A DNA stretch of 63,321 bases, counting the filler, from Choristocarpus tenellus KU-1152 (Eukaryota; Protista; Phaeophyceae), in assembly GCA_964200185.2 (NCBI GenBank). It is 11 parts of 11 records of this genome, joined end to end, with 100 filler letters (N's around TTAATTAATTAA, not from the genome) between each part and the next. Parts side by side here need not be neighbours in the genome. Positions count along the whole stretch, not along the records: positions 1 to 7,094 come from CAXNAD020006711.1; positions 7,195 to 18,731 come from CAXNAD020002270.1; 9 more parts are not named here. The stretch is one strand, 5' to 3'. Positions 1 to 13,560 of the stretch are shown piece after piece (position 1 is the stretch's first letter; each line of letters begins with the position of its first letter). A program made the translations under genes and the position numbers. The notes under the pieces are model-generated. The model was not told the origin of the DNA and made no database searches. It saw only the letters and a program-made list of their open reading frames with translations.

Positions 1-58
1 AACATTGGATTTTGGCACCCAAATGGACGCGGTGCTACCCTCTAAAATACTTTGGCCC
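1..58 (+). mobile_element. MITE-A, 3' end only (cut by window start)
   Basis: CCCAAATGGACGCGG..TACCCTCTAAAATACTTTGGCCC matches the right end of full copies. Confidence 0.9.
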
Positions 59-3000
59 AGTTGAGGACAGGATTGATTGAGGGAGAGTGCGATCTTATGA
101 TGTGACTCTGAGAAAAAGTGAACAAGAGGTACTCAGGTTTTGGGCCGTCTTGCGTTTCAAGTACATTTTTCAGTCTTTTGCAATTCTGAAATTATCTTAC
201 ACTCATTTGTTAAAAAAGTCGAATTTTGCGCATCTTTGTCGGTATCATTAAAATGCAACTTTGGGTACCTCACATTTACTTTGACTTTCTGTAATAATAT
301 ATCTTACACAACACACCGGGCGGAAGCATCAGTATTTCTCGCTCCAGTGCTCAGCATTCCAGAAAAGGTGGACTAAGAAGATGTAGTGACCATGCGACTC
401 ACAGTGAATCCCCAAAAAATGTGATGGTACTATTCTCATTTCCTCTTCAGAGATTAGTTGCTAGGCGTGCTGGGATATTGTCTTCCTACTGTGATATTGT
501 CCTTTCTCATGGACAGCATAGACAACACTTTTTGAAATATGTAGCCTTTATTTAGGCACTGCCGAAAAAATTGAAATGTTGTGCGACCCAACAACTAATC
601 TCAATTTTGAACTGAAATGCATCTTTTCTTCGTCCCTCTTACACCTGCCTTTACCACCTCATTTTGTTTGATACTTTCTCATCATGTACTTGAGCAGCCA
701 CAAGCATGCGTTTCCACCAGGTAGATATTATTGGCTCATCAAGTACTACAGATGGTTTGAACCTGAAACCCTTTGGAAATGGGAAGGGAGTTCCCCCTGA
801 TTTGAAGTTGCTGGTGGCTGAAGCATCCGTTCCAAGCAGAGAACCCATCATCCCATCAAGGGCATGGGTGTCTCTTGTCGCACTAAGACCAACCACTTCA
901 ATACCAAGGAGAAACCCCAAACGAGGACAACAGTATCAGGAGAGCATGGGGCAATGGAGAGATACCATATGCGCAAACGTCACGGCTCCTACCCCTTGCA
1001 TCACATCATCATCCAAAGACAGGGTACAGATGGTACCATTGACAAGGACTTGTTGCTCCCCTTCTGGGAAATCCGAATGTCCCCGGCAGGGTCTGCTAGT
1101 CTTAACTGAGAAAGAGGACAGCACCAAGGGGAAGAGCAAATATTTCCAACTTACCAATGGGGCACAATCTAAGCTTTCAATCCATCACTCAGACCTCATG
1201 CTAAACTCTACAAAGTCATGGGCTTTTGTATGCCCTGGATGCGGCCTGGTCCCTCCAGGAACTGGGAGAGACCGACCGTCCTCTGGCGCAAGGGGAAGGT
1301 GGACGGCAGAAAACCTAGACTTTGGGGTGTTCCATACCAGTGTTGGCGTCTTGATTGACTGCTGTAGATGGGAAGTATGGACTAAGGGAGGGGTGTGTGT
1401 GTGCAACAGCTGCAATGGATATGGAAGATCCATCTCTATGAAGAGGAAACAAAAGGGCTGCGAAATGAGAAGTTCAGCATATGGGCATCACTCGGACAGG
1501 AGTGAAGTGCAAGATCAGCTCAGGAGTGGATGTAGAGTATGTGACAGGGGAGGGGGTCGAAGGGATAATGTTGAGGGATACAGTGACAGTGAGCAAGGGA
1601 ATGACAGGAAAAAATCGCAGCATCAGGACACCCAGTGCCTAATGAAAAAAAAGCAGTGGTGTGATAATGGGGATATAACTCTAGATAAGGATGCTAGGTT
1701 AGAGACAGGTTATGTGAAGAATAGTGAATGTGTTCTGCCAACAGAGCTGGCTTCAAGTTCGGAATCTAACTCACCGTTGGGGACAAGGATGATTTCAGGG
1801 CCAGACAGAGGTATGAATTGTTGCAGATCGGTGTTGTCCGTGCTATACCCTAGTGTGTCTCCCGAGGAGTTGCAGGCCAGATGCATGGATGACCCACGAC
1901 TTCGCCTTAGGAATGTCAGAGTGTGCCGAGGATGCTCCATGACCATTGCAGAGGCCTCAGGTGTGGCAAATTTGCTAAAATCACAAGACTTCTGCGTGGT
2001 ATCAGCTTTACTTGGGATCACCAATTGCCATTATATGGAGGAGTTGTAGGAGGTCGAACATCCACCTTGACAGAATCTCTGTCAACCTTGGAGATGACTC
2101 TGGTGGAGATTAGAAAATGCCGCATACTTAGGGTACCTCCAGGGTTGGTAAAGTTAGTGTTGCTTCCACCAGATGCATTGTGATACCAGGTGCTTCGGAG
2201 GTTTGCAGGATAGTCAAGCTCCATTGTTTCAGCCAATATGTATTGATTTAGTTTTGCTTTCATGGCCTGCACCAAACCTCCTGTAGATCTCTTAAAAGTC
2301 GTTTCACATTGACTGCATGGTACAGGTGCTGCCGACCTCACCAGATTTTCTATTCAAAGTTTTGGGTGATAGTGTGTGTATATGAAGAGATGGGTGTGGT
2401 GTTGAGAAGAAATCCGTGTAACAACTCTCATTACCACTACTTCTATTTTTCAGGCCTTGGTTTCCACCACTTTCATACAAATGTAGCGAATATTGGGGGA
2501 TTACAAATCTCTGGAGTAGTCAAAACGATCATCTCATTCTAACCCTACACCTATTATGAACATTTTCTCGGTATAGCCTTAAAGTTCATTGTGAATTAAG
2601 ATTGAGAAAGAAAGAGAGAATGTATAGGAAAGTGCTTTTTCTGTTAACTGAATACCCTATATGCAGAAATAAGCTAATAGAATCCCACCATTTCTGGTGC
2701 CCTGCACTAACCCCTACCCTCTCAGTCTTGATACTAAAGGGTACCTAGTTCCCCCCATGCCCCAAAAAGAGACAAAGATCGTTTCGTAGTAATACATCTT
2801 TAAATAATGGAGGAATAGGTACAGAGTAAACGATAATGCACGTGAGAGTCAAGGAGACTCCATCAACAGTGCAGTAGGTCCGAGTTCTGTCCAGTTCATG
2901 GTATGCACCAAAATTCCAGGTCTCACTTTTTCTGAAATAGTCCATGATCTCACAGATGCAAGGCTGAGGGCAGTGGATGAAACAATGAGACGTAGAATGC

Positions 3001-3949
3001 AGGGACTGGGACAAAACAACTCTTCATCTTACAAGCATGTGCATCTGACGAAAAGGTATGCACTGGCTCCAGTTTCATAGCACTTCAGTGGCACATTGGA
3101 CACAGATTGTATCCCATGATTGAAAGAATCTATCCTGCAGCAACAATGCCATTGGTGTTCTTGGCATGTTAGAACAACAATCAATGCAAAATAGAATAAT
3201 CTATGAGGGTCTCGGGTTGTTACTACTGGCATGACCATGTTGGAGAGGTTACTCCATTAGTGGCAAGGACGAGGCGAAAATGGAATTATCTATGCCGAAA
3301 GCCTGCAGAATGATACGATCTTGTGGGCTATCACCAGTACCGTCTTCTCTGCCATATGTATGCCCTATTGTCACTAGGTTCCTTAGGCTATTCACCACAC
3401 AACTTGTCAACATACTTATTAATGAAAGACAGCATCATTATAGCTTCCGGTTGCTTGCATCTCAATAGGCTGAGTGCTTGCAACTACAAACTTATTTTAT
3501 TGCTTCTAGAAACACAGAACATGAACCACCTTACCAGATCATTGAGGTACCCCCCCACGAAGCACTTTGATGCGGTATACTATGAAAGTGGTAGCAGCTG
3601 CTGCAACGACCCAAAGGAGGTGTATACAACACCCCCATTAATCACATTCTTATGTGTGCTTTCCCCAATCCTAACCCTAACCCACTCTCTTCTACTCGCT
3701 ACCATAGGGAACGCTTACTACGCCTTGCAATAGACACTGAGAATGTTAGAAAACGCCTACAGGAAGGTATAATTACTGCTTCATCATCTTTTCAAAATCG
3801 CCAGGGGAACGACAACTCCCCAGCAGTCAACTCTTTCCCTCTTGGAGTAAGTGGGGAATGGGGCCCGGTTGACAGTCCAAGCCAAGCCAGTTGGGGAGGA
3901 GATAGGTGGAGAGGAGGTAGAGGCATAGGAAAGAATTTGATTAATGGTG

Positions 3950-6700
3950 ATTTTGATTGTATTGGGAACCGTTCAAGGTGTTACATGTCACCTTGTGTGC
4001 CTCGACCGGCGACCACAGATGACGGGGCTTTGAGAAAGGATAGAAGAAAGGTGAGGAAGAACACCATCATTATTCGCTATATTTTCCTCTGGCCGTTCTT
4101 ACACCTCTTAGAGGCATTTCATTTTCACAACATAGTGAAAACACCAATACTTCGTGAGTATACAGTTGATAGTTCGAAGTGGTACTCATTGCCCTCCATC
4201 ATTGTACAGAGTTTGTTTCGACTGCTCATGTTTTTGTAGGGAAAACATCCATAGAGTAGAAGTTAGGAAGCCATATTTGGCACTACTGTGGACTAAATGA
4301 ATTGGTATGCATTTGTGTTACTGAGCAGCTCATTCTATCCATGCCACTCATTGCAGCTGATCCTCCTATCTAATTTCGCAATCCTTCCCAACGATTCCCT
4401 CAACAACTCTGCGGTGGATACATTTTCAGTTCTTCAAGCATCCAGGACGTAAGATTGTAAGTGCTACTGCTGCGATCAACCCAACCACCTCTCGCCAAGC
4501 AGAGGATCCCTGTAAAAGAAACTCTTGTCATAACCTACTTTCAACTGGTGCAAATGAGGCAAATGATGCTTGTACAAAATCCTTCTCGGGCAAAGTGGAG
4601 GACTCACTGCAGGAGTGGATGAGCATGCTGACACTCAAGGAGGTATGTGAAATGTGGTGGGATATGTATCGTTGACATGATGAGAGCAGCATGATCTGGC
4701 CGGGGTAGGTATGAAAGTAGAACTTGATGAAGACATCTCTCAGTTGTGAACAAGAAAAATGAACAAAAAGAATCTCCTAGTACTACCAGTACTACCAATT
4801 TGAATACAAGCAATAGCCGTAGTGGAGGACCAAGTGATCACTGTCAAATATAGATATGCCACGGTTCCACTAAGTAGGCAATCAATTGTGCGACTAACTC
4901 TCCTTCTATCCCAATGCTCAACAAGTACCAAAGACCAGAAACTTACCTGGCATAATCTGTGAGCCTTTACCCCACTAATTGCGCACTTGTCCTGAGCAGT
5001 CCATCTATCAATATCTTGCATTTTCCATTGAGGCTGTACCCTAGAGCATTCCCTCACATTCAATTTGTATGCCAAACCATAGAGAGTCGAGAAAAACAAA
5101 AGAAAGAAGTTTAACCCCTTATTTGTCAAATATTTAGAAATAGGTGAGGGGGCCGGGATGTGTGTGAAAAGTGTCTACCTTCCTTGCCATCATCCTCCAC
5201 ATATGGAAGGGTACCCTCTAAGATACTTCCACTCTTGTCCTGATCTCCTCCAAATATTCCAGGGATGAAATTCAAACAGATTGAATAGATGCAATCATCA
5301 CAATTCAAAACACTAGTATATTCACACTGGTACACCATCCCATGTTGGAAGTGTTCGTATTTTTTGGAGTTGCCATGGAGGGGTACAATTATTGTTCTTT
5401 CAGGAATGGGAGGCAAGACTTGGCATTGACCGTACTATGTACGGTACACAAAGAAATTACTACCTTGTCACAATGTTTGCAGCATCTGTCACAGGCTTGT
5501 TGAATGCTTGACATTATTGAGAGTGTTGTGCTGTATTCGGTGAGGATGATGTCCCATGTGATGAAAGACTAGAGTGAATGAGGGGACAGGTGATCATACA
5601 ACATTTAATCCAACAACTTTAATCATCCACCGGTGGAGCAACTTTTAGCACTTGTCTGAAATGTTGAGCAAACGCTTGCTCACCAATATGCAACATGCAA
5701 CCGACTAATAACAAGTGAATTCCCTTTCATTCCTTCTTTAGCTTAATGCAATTAGTGATAATAATGCTAGTCTACATTTTGAAAAAAAATAGTACTAACA
5801 TGGAAATGATAAGAGATTCACAGTGGTAGTGACGGGATCAAGAGTTGGGGACATGGAATAAGAAGAAACATACTTGGACCAACAAATACCCTAAACATCA
5901 CCTTGAGCCTATATGATGCATTCTCTCTGCAGTGCTCCCATATCAATTACTTAGGAATATACTGGCACCACTCTGCTGGGTTGGATGAGCCCCCTCTTGG
6001 AAATAGTAGTACCAGCAAATACCCAACAGAATCCTCTGGTTAGAATGGGGCCTACATCAATAGTTTTGGTTGTTGTTTGTGGATGTGTTTGCGTGTAGGT
6101 ATACCCGGAGGCAGTCTTGACCTAACCTGAGGACATACTTGTGACAGTGTAGTGCGTACCTTTTGAACGCTGTAATGCAGCCAGGTATATCACAGAGATA
6201 CTGTGTATCACTTGATGTGGGAACAAGAGAGGTTGACATCCTGAATTGTACGTCATTTTTTTTAGAGTCAGTTCATTTGAATCAATGAGTAGAGAGAGGT
6301 GCTGTAGAGCATCGGCCCCCTCCCCTAACTTCACTCCGCGTTGTGAGTTGCTGGAAAGTAAGTGTGCATGTGAGAAGCGGAAATACACATTACATCAAGC
6401 CATACCTTTTTGCTTCAATGTCATACAACTTAGTCCAGGGTATTACAGTATGCTGAACTAGTCACTTGTCTCTCGGCAGTAGTGTATTCTGACACTGCAA
6501 TAAAGCTTGGAAGTGGTGGGCCATAGTCGTCCAAAATTCGTAGCAGCACCCGGTGCAGGCACCCTCAAGTGTAAGCAGTATTCTTCCCCCCCTCTCTTCA
6601 TTTCACAAAGATTGTGCTAGCAAAATTGGCACTAGTTCAACTTACTCCAACCCTGACAAAGTGTGATGAACTTACATCAAACAAACATTGGTGGTAAAAT
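3950..6700 (-). pseudogene. highly decayed, intron-containing gene, possibly a CxC4/KDZ (HMGXB3-like) transposase relic
   Basis: broken minus-strand peptides (Cys-rich YQCEYTSVLNCDDC, DDGKEG, DFVQASFASF..LKVGYDKSF, GCFPYK..SIGVFTML) resemble this family by eye; many stops and frameshifts; boundaries approximate. Confidence 0.25.
5211..5234 (-). mobile_element. isolated MITE-A terminal inverted repeat
   Basis: GTACCCTCTAAGATACTTCCACTC without the rest of the element. Confidence 0.8.
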
Positions 6701-6721
6701 AAATAGTTCGAAGGAGAATGT

Positions 6722-6978
6722 GAGTCAAAGCATTTAAGAGGGCAGGGCCACGTCCGATCAGGGTCATAAATCCAATGTTGCGATTATGATGAATTTTGGC
6801 TATCGTGTTTCTCAGCAAATATCAACATTCTTGCTCCAGACACGCCTTTCATAGTCGTATACATATTAGGTAACTGTGTTCACACAGAAAACTGAAAAGG
6901 GGCATAAAAAAAACATGGGAAGCCAAGCCCCAAAGGACAAACAGGGCAAAGCTCCTACCCTCTTAAATGTTTTAAGTC
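6722..6978 (-). mobile_element. MITE-A, old diverged full-length copy
   Basis: collinear with consensus (AATCCAATGTTGCGATT, AAGCCCCAAAGGACAAACAGGGC) with degenerate TIRs. Confidence 0.8.
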
Positions 6979-7050
6979 TGAATATGTTACATGCTCGAGG
7001 AATAGGGGACATGATTGGAAAGATTAGTCTACAAAACCTGAACGACTCAT

Positions 7051-7094
7051 GGGTCAAAGTATCTGGGGAGGGGGTGTCGGCGTCCGTTTTTCAC
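7051..7094 (+). mobile_element. MITE-C-like left end (cut by gap)
   Basis: GGGTCAAAGTATCTGGGG terminus. Confidence 0.7.
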
Positions 7095-7194
7095 NNNNNN
7101 NNNNNNNNNNNNNNNNNNNNNNNNNNNNNNNNNNNNNNTTAATTAATTAANNNNNNNNNNNNNNNNNNNNNNNNNNNNNNNNNNNNNNNNNNNN
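7095..7194. other. artificial contig linker N44-TTAATTAATTAA-N44
   Basis: exactly 100 bp, six-frame stop cassette, identical at ten places. Confidence 0.99.
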
Positions 7195-7257
7195 CAAGCA
7201 ATCTCGCTGGGTTTATCACCTTTATCCTCTTTGATGATTTTGGGGATACTTTAACAT
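7195..7257 (-). mobile_element. MITE-D terminus (cut by gap)
   Basis: reverse complement is near-identical to 57562-57624 and ends GGGGATACTTTAACAT. Confidence 0.8.
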
Positions 7258-9412
7258 ATGACACACAAAACTTGCTCCCCGCGCGAACACATCCACTGTA
7301 TTTCGAAAACCATTTCATCACGAACAGGGATGCCCGGATGATCTCTCATATTCTGCTGCACAACCGATACACGCCACATATCTACCATCCTTACTCACAC
7401 AAAACGGCAGACCAAGGGTGTTCGACGTGAGAAAGGACAGCTCCTCGCGACAGTTTCATGTACAGCATTCTGATACACATGTGCTGGGTATCACCGTGTG
7501 AGAGAGCAACAGCACCGCCATGCCCCACGGTCCGGTCACATCTCATGATTCCACTCAGAGAATGCACTACTTAGACCGTCACACGAACAAGAGAGTTTGC
7601 TGCCCGGATGCACTGTGCCAACAGCACGCTCAGAGGTACTCTACACTACCGAGTGTCATCCTCACAAATATTGCGCGTATCCACCCTCGACACTTTATGG
7701 ATCAATCATTTTGTAACATGTTCACACCCTCCAACAGAACTTTGACATTACACTACAAAGTACACCTGGTGCAACCGACGTGACAACAAGTCACAGATTG
7801 GGACAGATGAGGATGTCTACGCCAACATCAAGGATAGATTCGAACAGGAGGGGACCTCAGGACCAATACCCTGTCTGTCGACATTCATGAAGTGGAGACC
7901 GTTCTACATTCCAAAGGCCACGCCAAGGTATGTGCAGAAATAGTCTTTCGTTTTTTAGAGCACACGCTACAGTGGCGACTGGGCAACTCTATGTTTCCTA
8001 ACTGCCACAGAATACCCAGAGCCACTCATATAGCATCATCAGTGTCCACACGGGAGGGATGCTTAACCCACTGCATCATCCCTCCCTCCACTCTCCCACG
8101 CAACACAGATCGTGCAATTTGTATTCACCATATGACCACCGACCTCCAGGTTCAGTGCCTAAGAGAGAACTGGAAGAAAGTACATGCGAGCACGAGCTTT
8201 AGCGATGATGGACAACGCAGTTGCGCATGCACTTGCGAATTCTGCGACAAAGGCAAAGGATGCGGGTCTAAAGAAGTGGAGACCGCACTCGAAAGTTGTG
8301 CTCATCTAATGGCCTTTCTCTTGTGAGCTTGTCTTCCAAATCACATCCTCGACGTGGTGAATGTGTTATCACGACGAGCTGGAATGGTATCCAAAACAAT
8401 GAGACCACCAAAGATACACACCAACGTACACACCCTCAAACCGTCTCACCACGTACTCTGCATATACGGCAGTTACAGCTGGACTCCACTAGAGTGACGT
8501 TCGATCCGATACTCAAACCTCCACAATGACAACAAAAACCGCTCGTGGACTGATCAAAACAAAACAGATGCGAGAAGACCGTGCTGGAACCCCTCAGCGA
8601 ACCGTCCTCTGGCGGTTCCTTGGGCAGTTTCAAAACTTCCTGCGTCGACGGTACATGTAACACGTGTGACTGGAAATCTCATCCCATGTGGAAGTGCCCT
8701 TGTATGTTAGACTCTCACAGCACCCGTGTCACATGGAACGAGTTCGTCCACGCATACGCCCCAGTGGTGGAGGCGGATCTACAACAAAAGACTTGCCAGG
8801 AAATAAAGGTAGACCTTATCCAAACACTCGCCAACCAATCACGTTTTGAAGACGAACCTGTCCAGTTCCACCTTCACTGCGGGTGCAGGACCGATGCAGC
8901 AACCTGCCCTACCAATCGACCTTACCCCAGTATAAACATCCAGACTACACACCCATGCTGCAATAAACCGATATTTCCGCGTACACTGCCACACAGGCGC
9001 TGTCGTCTAGACTTGGGATCGCCACCCCAAGCGGGACCACCAAAGACGACACGATCCAGCTGATCACTGAAAAATATGCAGAGCTGAGGGCGGACAATCT
9101 CATGACGGACGATTTGAATATCGCCAAGTGCATGGTGGGAGAGTCCGCCCACGACCTCAGGAGGAATAGGACCGAGGATAATGATGACGAAGACGCCACC
9201 ACAGGGTCTACGGACAAACACAGTCGGAGGCGAAAGGTGAGAGCGACAGTTTCATTCTAATAATAGTTACAGTGTACATTGAATGTGCCACACACGGCGT
9301 ATATTGGTCAAACAATGAGCAGATACTCCCTCCCACATAAACGTACATAATCGATTACACCAGAACTAAGCCCGAATCACCACGACCCACGACCAGCAAC
9401 AACTCCCCCAAT

Positions 9413-10205
9413 ATGGAACCACCTCACCCATTGGATGCAGGTGCTGTTCCCAAGGACGGAGGGATTCCCTACACTCCTAAAAGTCAAACTTGTAAATTTC
9501 GACAATTTTTTTTCCTTCATCACAACACCACCATTTGGCAGGCGCAACAATACAAACTCTGCAAATTCCGCCTCCCCAAAGGACATGCCGCCATGTCCAT
9601 GGACTTCAGCGCCCACCTGCAACACAACCACCAAGACTTGACACAACAAGAGTTCTTCAATCTATTCCTTACGGCGCTTCTGACCATTGTCTGGTGGTTG
9701 ACGGATTTCAGCAAAGATGGAAATCTCGGGAATGGAAGGGTTTGGGCTCACAGCATGACGGTGTGTAGTGAAGACCGAAGCCAAGACAACGAGTTCGTCC
9801 AGAATGCCGTGGAGATGCTTGTGAAAGACCACCTAATATCTCTAGCCAGTGAATACGGACAGACTCTAGGGGTTCTGCACATCTGGTCCGAAGGCTGCGG
9901 AAGCCAATTCAAGAACAGATGGCAGATGTGGTGGGTTTCACAGTCTTTAGCGCGAATGGGAATTTCCGTGGTACACAACGTTTGTGCCTCCTGTCACGGC
10001 AAGTCCTTGTCCGATGGAGTCGGGGCTGTGGTGAAGTCTGCCGCCAGGAGGCTGGAACTAGACGGGGTGCGCATGCCGGGGACCTCATCTATAGTGGATA
10101 CTATCATGGTAACCAAACCTCAGTACACCTTAAGGGATCCGACACCAGAAAAAGAGGGGCGCTACCGCAAAGGTCATAAGGTCCAGGCAGACAATCGTCA
10201 CAAAG
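9413..10205 (+). CDS. transposase catalytic core exon (DFS / SEG / HGK..D)
   Basis: ORF 9413..10393 carries the three acidic motifs; probable donor AAG|GTAGG at 10206. Confidence 0.75.
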
Positions 10206-11479
10206 GTAGGCACACTCCACACGACGACCCCCCCCGACTCACAAAGTTTGGCCTCTGTTTGCCACTGGCGACAACCCCAACACGTACACCCCTTGCCCAC
10301 GTATATAAGAAACACACAAAATATATCGTTGGAACTTATGCCAGACCTGTCACTCCCTTCACGTCGCACAATACGCGCGTTGCATCAAGATAACACAATG
10401 CATTTATGAAATGATTGCACAGATAGTCTATACACACTTACAACTATCATCGCCCTTTTTCGTAGAATTCTGCCAATCGGTAAACTCTCGAAAAATTACG
10501 AGTTCATCTTTTCTTTCCAGCGCAAACGTCGGCAATATACCCATTGCTTGTAACTGGAATACATACCACATAAACACAACATGCATGATTCTCCCCGCCC
10601 CCTGGACCTGATCCATCCTTGCCACTCGCATCGGTCTGCACCCTCCCGCCCCTTGATAACCCATACACTAAACACACAATACATATCGTTGACCCAATTA
10701 TGTTACATCCGCACCTTCCCTCGCGTCAACACCATAAATCGCATGATAAATGCACACATGCATTTATTCACGGACTTCACACCGTCCATGCACACTCGCA
10801 ACCATCACCCTCGATTTAGAAGTGAGTCTGCCAATCGGTGCACCAGCCCTAAACTCCAAGTTTTTGTTTCCTTTCACGTAACAATGTCGGCCACATATAT
10901 CCTTCGCTTGCTGCAGGAACAGATACAAACCCTCACGTGTATGATTTTCCCCACTCACAATAATTGATACCTGTTTGCAACTCGCGACACTCTGCAGCCA
11001 CAAGTCCCTTGCTAACCCATATATTCCACCAAGGCAACAGATTTCGTCGACACATTATGTCACATCCGTGCCTTCCCTTCATGCCGACAACACCAATCAC
11101 AGTATGATTGCTCATATCGTGATTGTAAGCGACCGAGCAAGGTCCGTGCGGTCTTGCAACTATCGCCCTCTATTTTTCGTTAGTCTTAAAGTCGGCAAAA
11201 TAACCAAAACCTCCAGGTTTTGGGTTTCATCGCACACTCCCATCCACCGTTACCAAACATTTCTTACTGCGATAGGTATCATTTATCAATAAAAAGAAAA
11301 TGCAATCAAATAGAATCGGTCACAACACAATGCCTTGGTGCTGACACTAACTCCATCACGTACCGCCCTCCCCTTATACGCACAATCACCACAACCCTTA
11401 GGATTAGATGGACAGGGACGGCAGACCGCACAGTAACACGTACACAAACCTTCTACACATCGACACATTCCGCACACAG

Positions 11480-12028
11480 GAGATAGTCCACCTTCCGTCT
11501 TACAAGATCGACCGTGTGGGAAGACACGACCCACGTGTCCCAAACCTCAGTGGAATCAAGTCCATGCACAGGTTCTTCACTGGTCGGCTTACATCCGGCG
11601 GCTCCCGTACATTGATATACACCGAACTGTCGTGCTACTGCACGAACTGTTCCATCGGCAACCTCGCCCAATGCAGGTGGCAACTAACCCACATGCCCTC
11701 ACTTAAGGAAATAGACCTCGGGTTTTCCACGGAAGCAGTAACGGGTGATATGTATCTGAGAAGTCAGCTGTCGAGGAAGAAGAGACAGCTCGCCGAGGGG
11801 AACATATGCATTGTGCGGATGCAGCCATTGGAGTACAATGGTATAGAGGTCTTGCCATTCACTGTCCACCGCAAGGACACGATTCAATGGAACGCCAGGC
11901 ACCACTCCAGCTATGGAGGGATGTTCAGTGTTGGAGATGAGATCGTCTTTGTCACTGAAGACTTCAAGGTGCTGAGTGCCAGCTTCATTGAAGGCATGCC
12001 AACTATTCACATGTCACAGACGGACAAG
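11480..12028 (+). CDS. transposase downstream exon (GIKSMH, SCYCTNC)
   Basis: CACAG acceptor at 11479, AAG|GTGAG donor at 12029; 3' part conserved at 18859-19136. Confidence 0.6.
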
Positions 12029-12032
12029 GTGA

Positions 12033-12252
12033 GAGTGAAAGTATCTTAGAGGGTACGAATTTGGCTCTTATGACATTTCCTATTCCAAAATGTTTCGGAG
12101 TAGGTAGCATGTATACGTTATGAAAAGGTGTGTTCGGAACAAGGATATTGACACTTCCAAACAAACACAACAGCCAAAATTTCATCAAAATCGCACCATT
12201 AGATGTTGGCCCCCAAATGGACGCGGCTATACCCTCTAAGATACTTTGACTC
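12033..12252 (+). mobile_element. MITE-A, internally deleted; TSD TGA
   Basis: both TIRs present; empty site in paralog (ACAAGGTGAGAAACGC near 19132). Confidence 0.95.
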
Positions 12253-13299
12253 TGAGTAACGCTTCTTATTGCCTCTAAGAAAACAATGCTCCACACGAGT
12301 GAATCCACGCTGTCCAAATACAGATGCCACATATCCCCTTATATCCCCTCTAACCAACGTAGATTCCTCCCCCATAACGTCCAATCCTGACATCCAAACC
12401 AGTGTCATTTTGTTCTCCCAATCTGCAGCCGCCACTGACACCTTTAACATAATATTTTACAACTTAACATAGGGCGAATAACCGCATCCCATACGTTGGT
12501 TTCGCCGCCTAAGTATATCATCTATCATCCATAAAACTATCCGTTTCTCAAAACAATAAACAAACAACACCCCTTATACAGCTAAACCAGGCCATCACGC
12601 GTAAACACATTCCAATAGTGTCCTACACACCAACACAGCCGCCGCAACGAAAATGTTTGTCGTGATGCAGGATGCGCAACCGGGCCCCCGGGTCGTGCCC
12701 CTTCAGGCTATCATCATCCCAGACTTCACAGACATCCACCACAACCACCTGGACAACACATTCACGATCCTGCCTGGCCAATACCAGAGGTTCACCTTAG
12801 AATCCAACCGGCAATCTCTCGGGGGGATACCTGCTCGCTTTTCTAGGCAACTCAGACTTGGGGACATGTCCGATGCCAGGTTCGGTTGAGGAACCGGCTT
12901 CATCCTACGCGCGAGTGGGGGGGCCATCGTACAGGGGAAGGTCAGCGATGTTCTCGTAGATGGTTCAGGGGCGTACATTTACTCAGTGTCCTCCCTCCCG
13001 GACGATAGTGAAAAATCTGTACCCCCTCAACTGGAGTCCTACATGACAGAGGATGTGATCGAAGCGGGTGTCAACCAATTTCGAGGCAAGAACAAGAGGG
13101 ACAGTGCCGAGGCTGCAGCCCTGTGTGTCAGTCAACGCAGTCGGTCAATTCTCGACCGACAGTGGTAGCGTAGGGGCACGGACAAGAGTATATAGAAATA
13201 TGTACTCCTTGAACCGACAACGAGTTATATGTGCCGGATTTAGATAAGGGAGTAATGCTCAATGCCTGAGCCAAGGGCAGGAGACTATACTTCGGATGG

Positions 13300-13560
13300 G
13301 AGTGAAATTATCTTAGAGGGTATGAGCTTTGCCCTGTTTGTCCATTTGGGGCTTGACTTCCTACAGGTTTTTTAATACATTTTCCTACTACTCCGAAACA
13401 TTTCGGAGTATGTAAAATGTATACGTTATGAAAAGGTGTGTCTAGAACAAGGATATTGACACATCCTAACAAACACGATAGTCGGAATTACATCGAAATC
13501 ATAACATTGGATTTTGGCCCCCAAACGGACGTGGCTCTACCCTCTAAAATACATCGGCTT
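13300..13560 (+). mobile_element. MITE-A full length; TSD ATGG/TTGG
   Basis: empty site in paralog (TTCAGATGGGACGATC near 20155). Confidence 0.95.

Noticed and set aside
706-2049. 447-aa plus-strand ORF, the longest in the window
   Set aside because: No recognisable domain, Ser/Cys/Arg/Gly-rich composition, and coding-like fragments on the opposite strand. Probably an antisense shadow.
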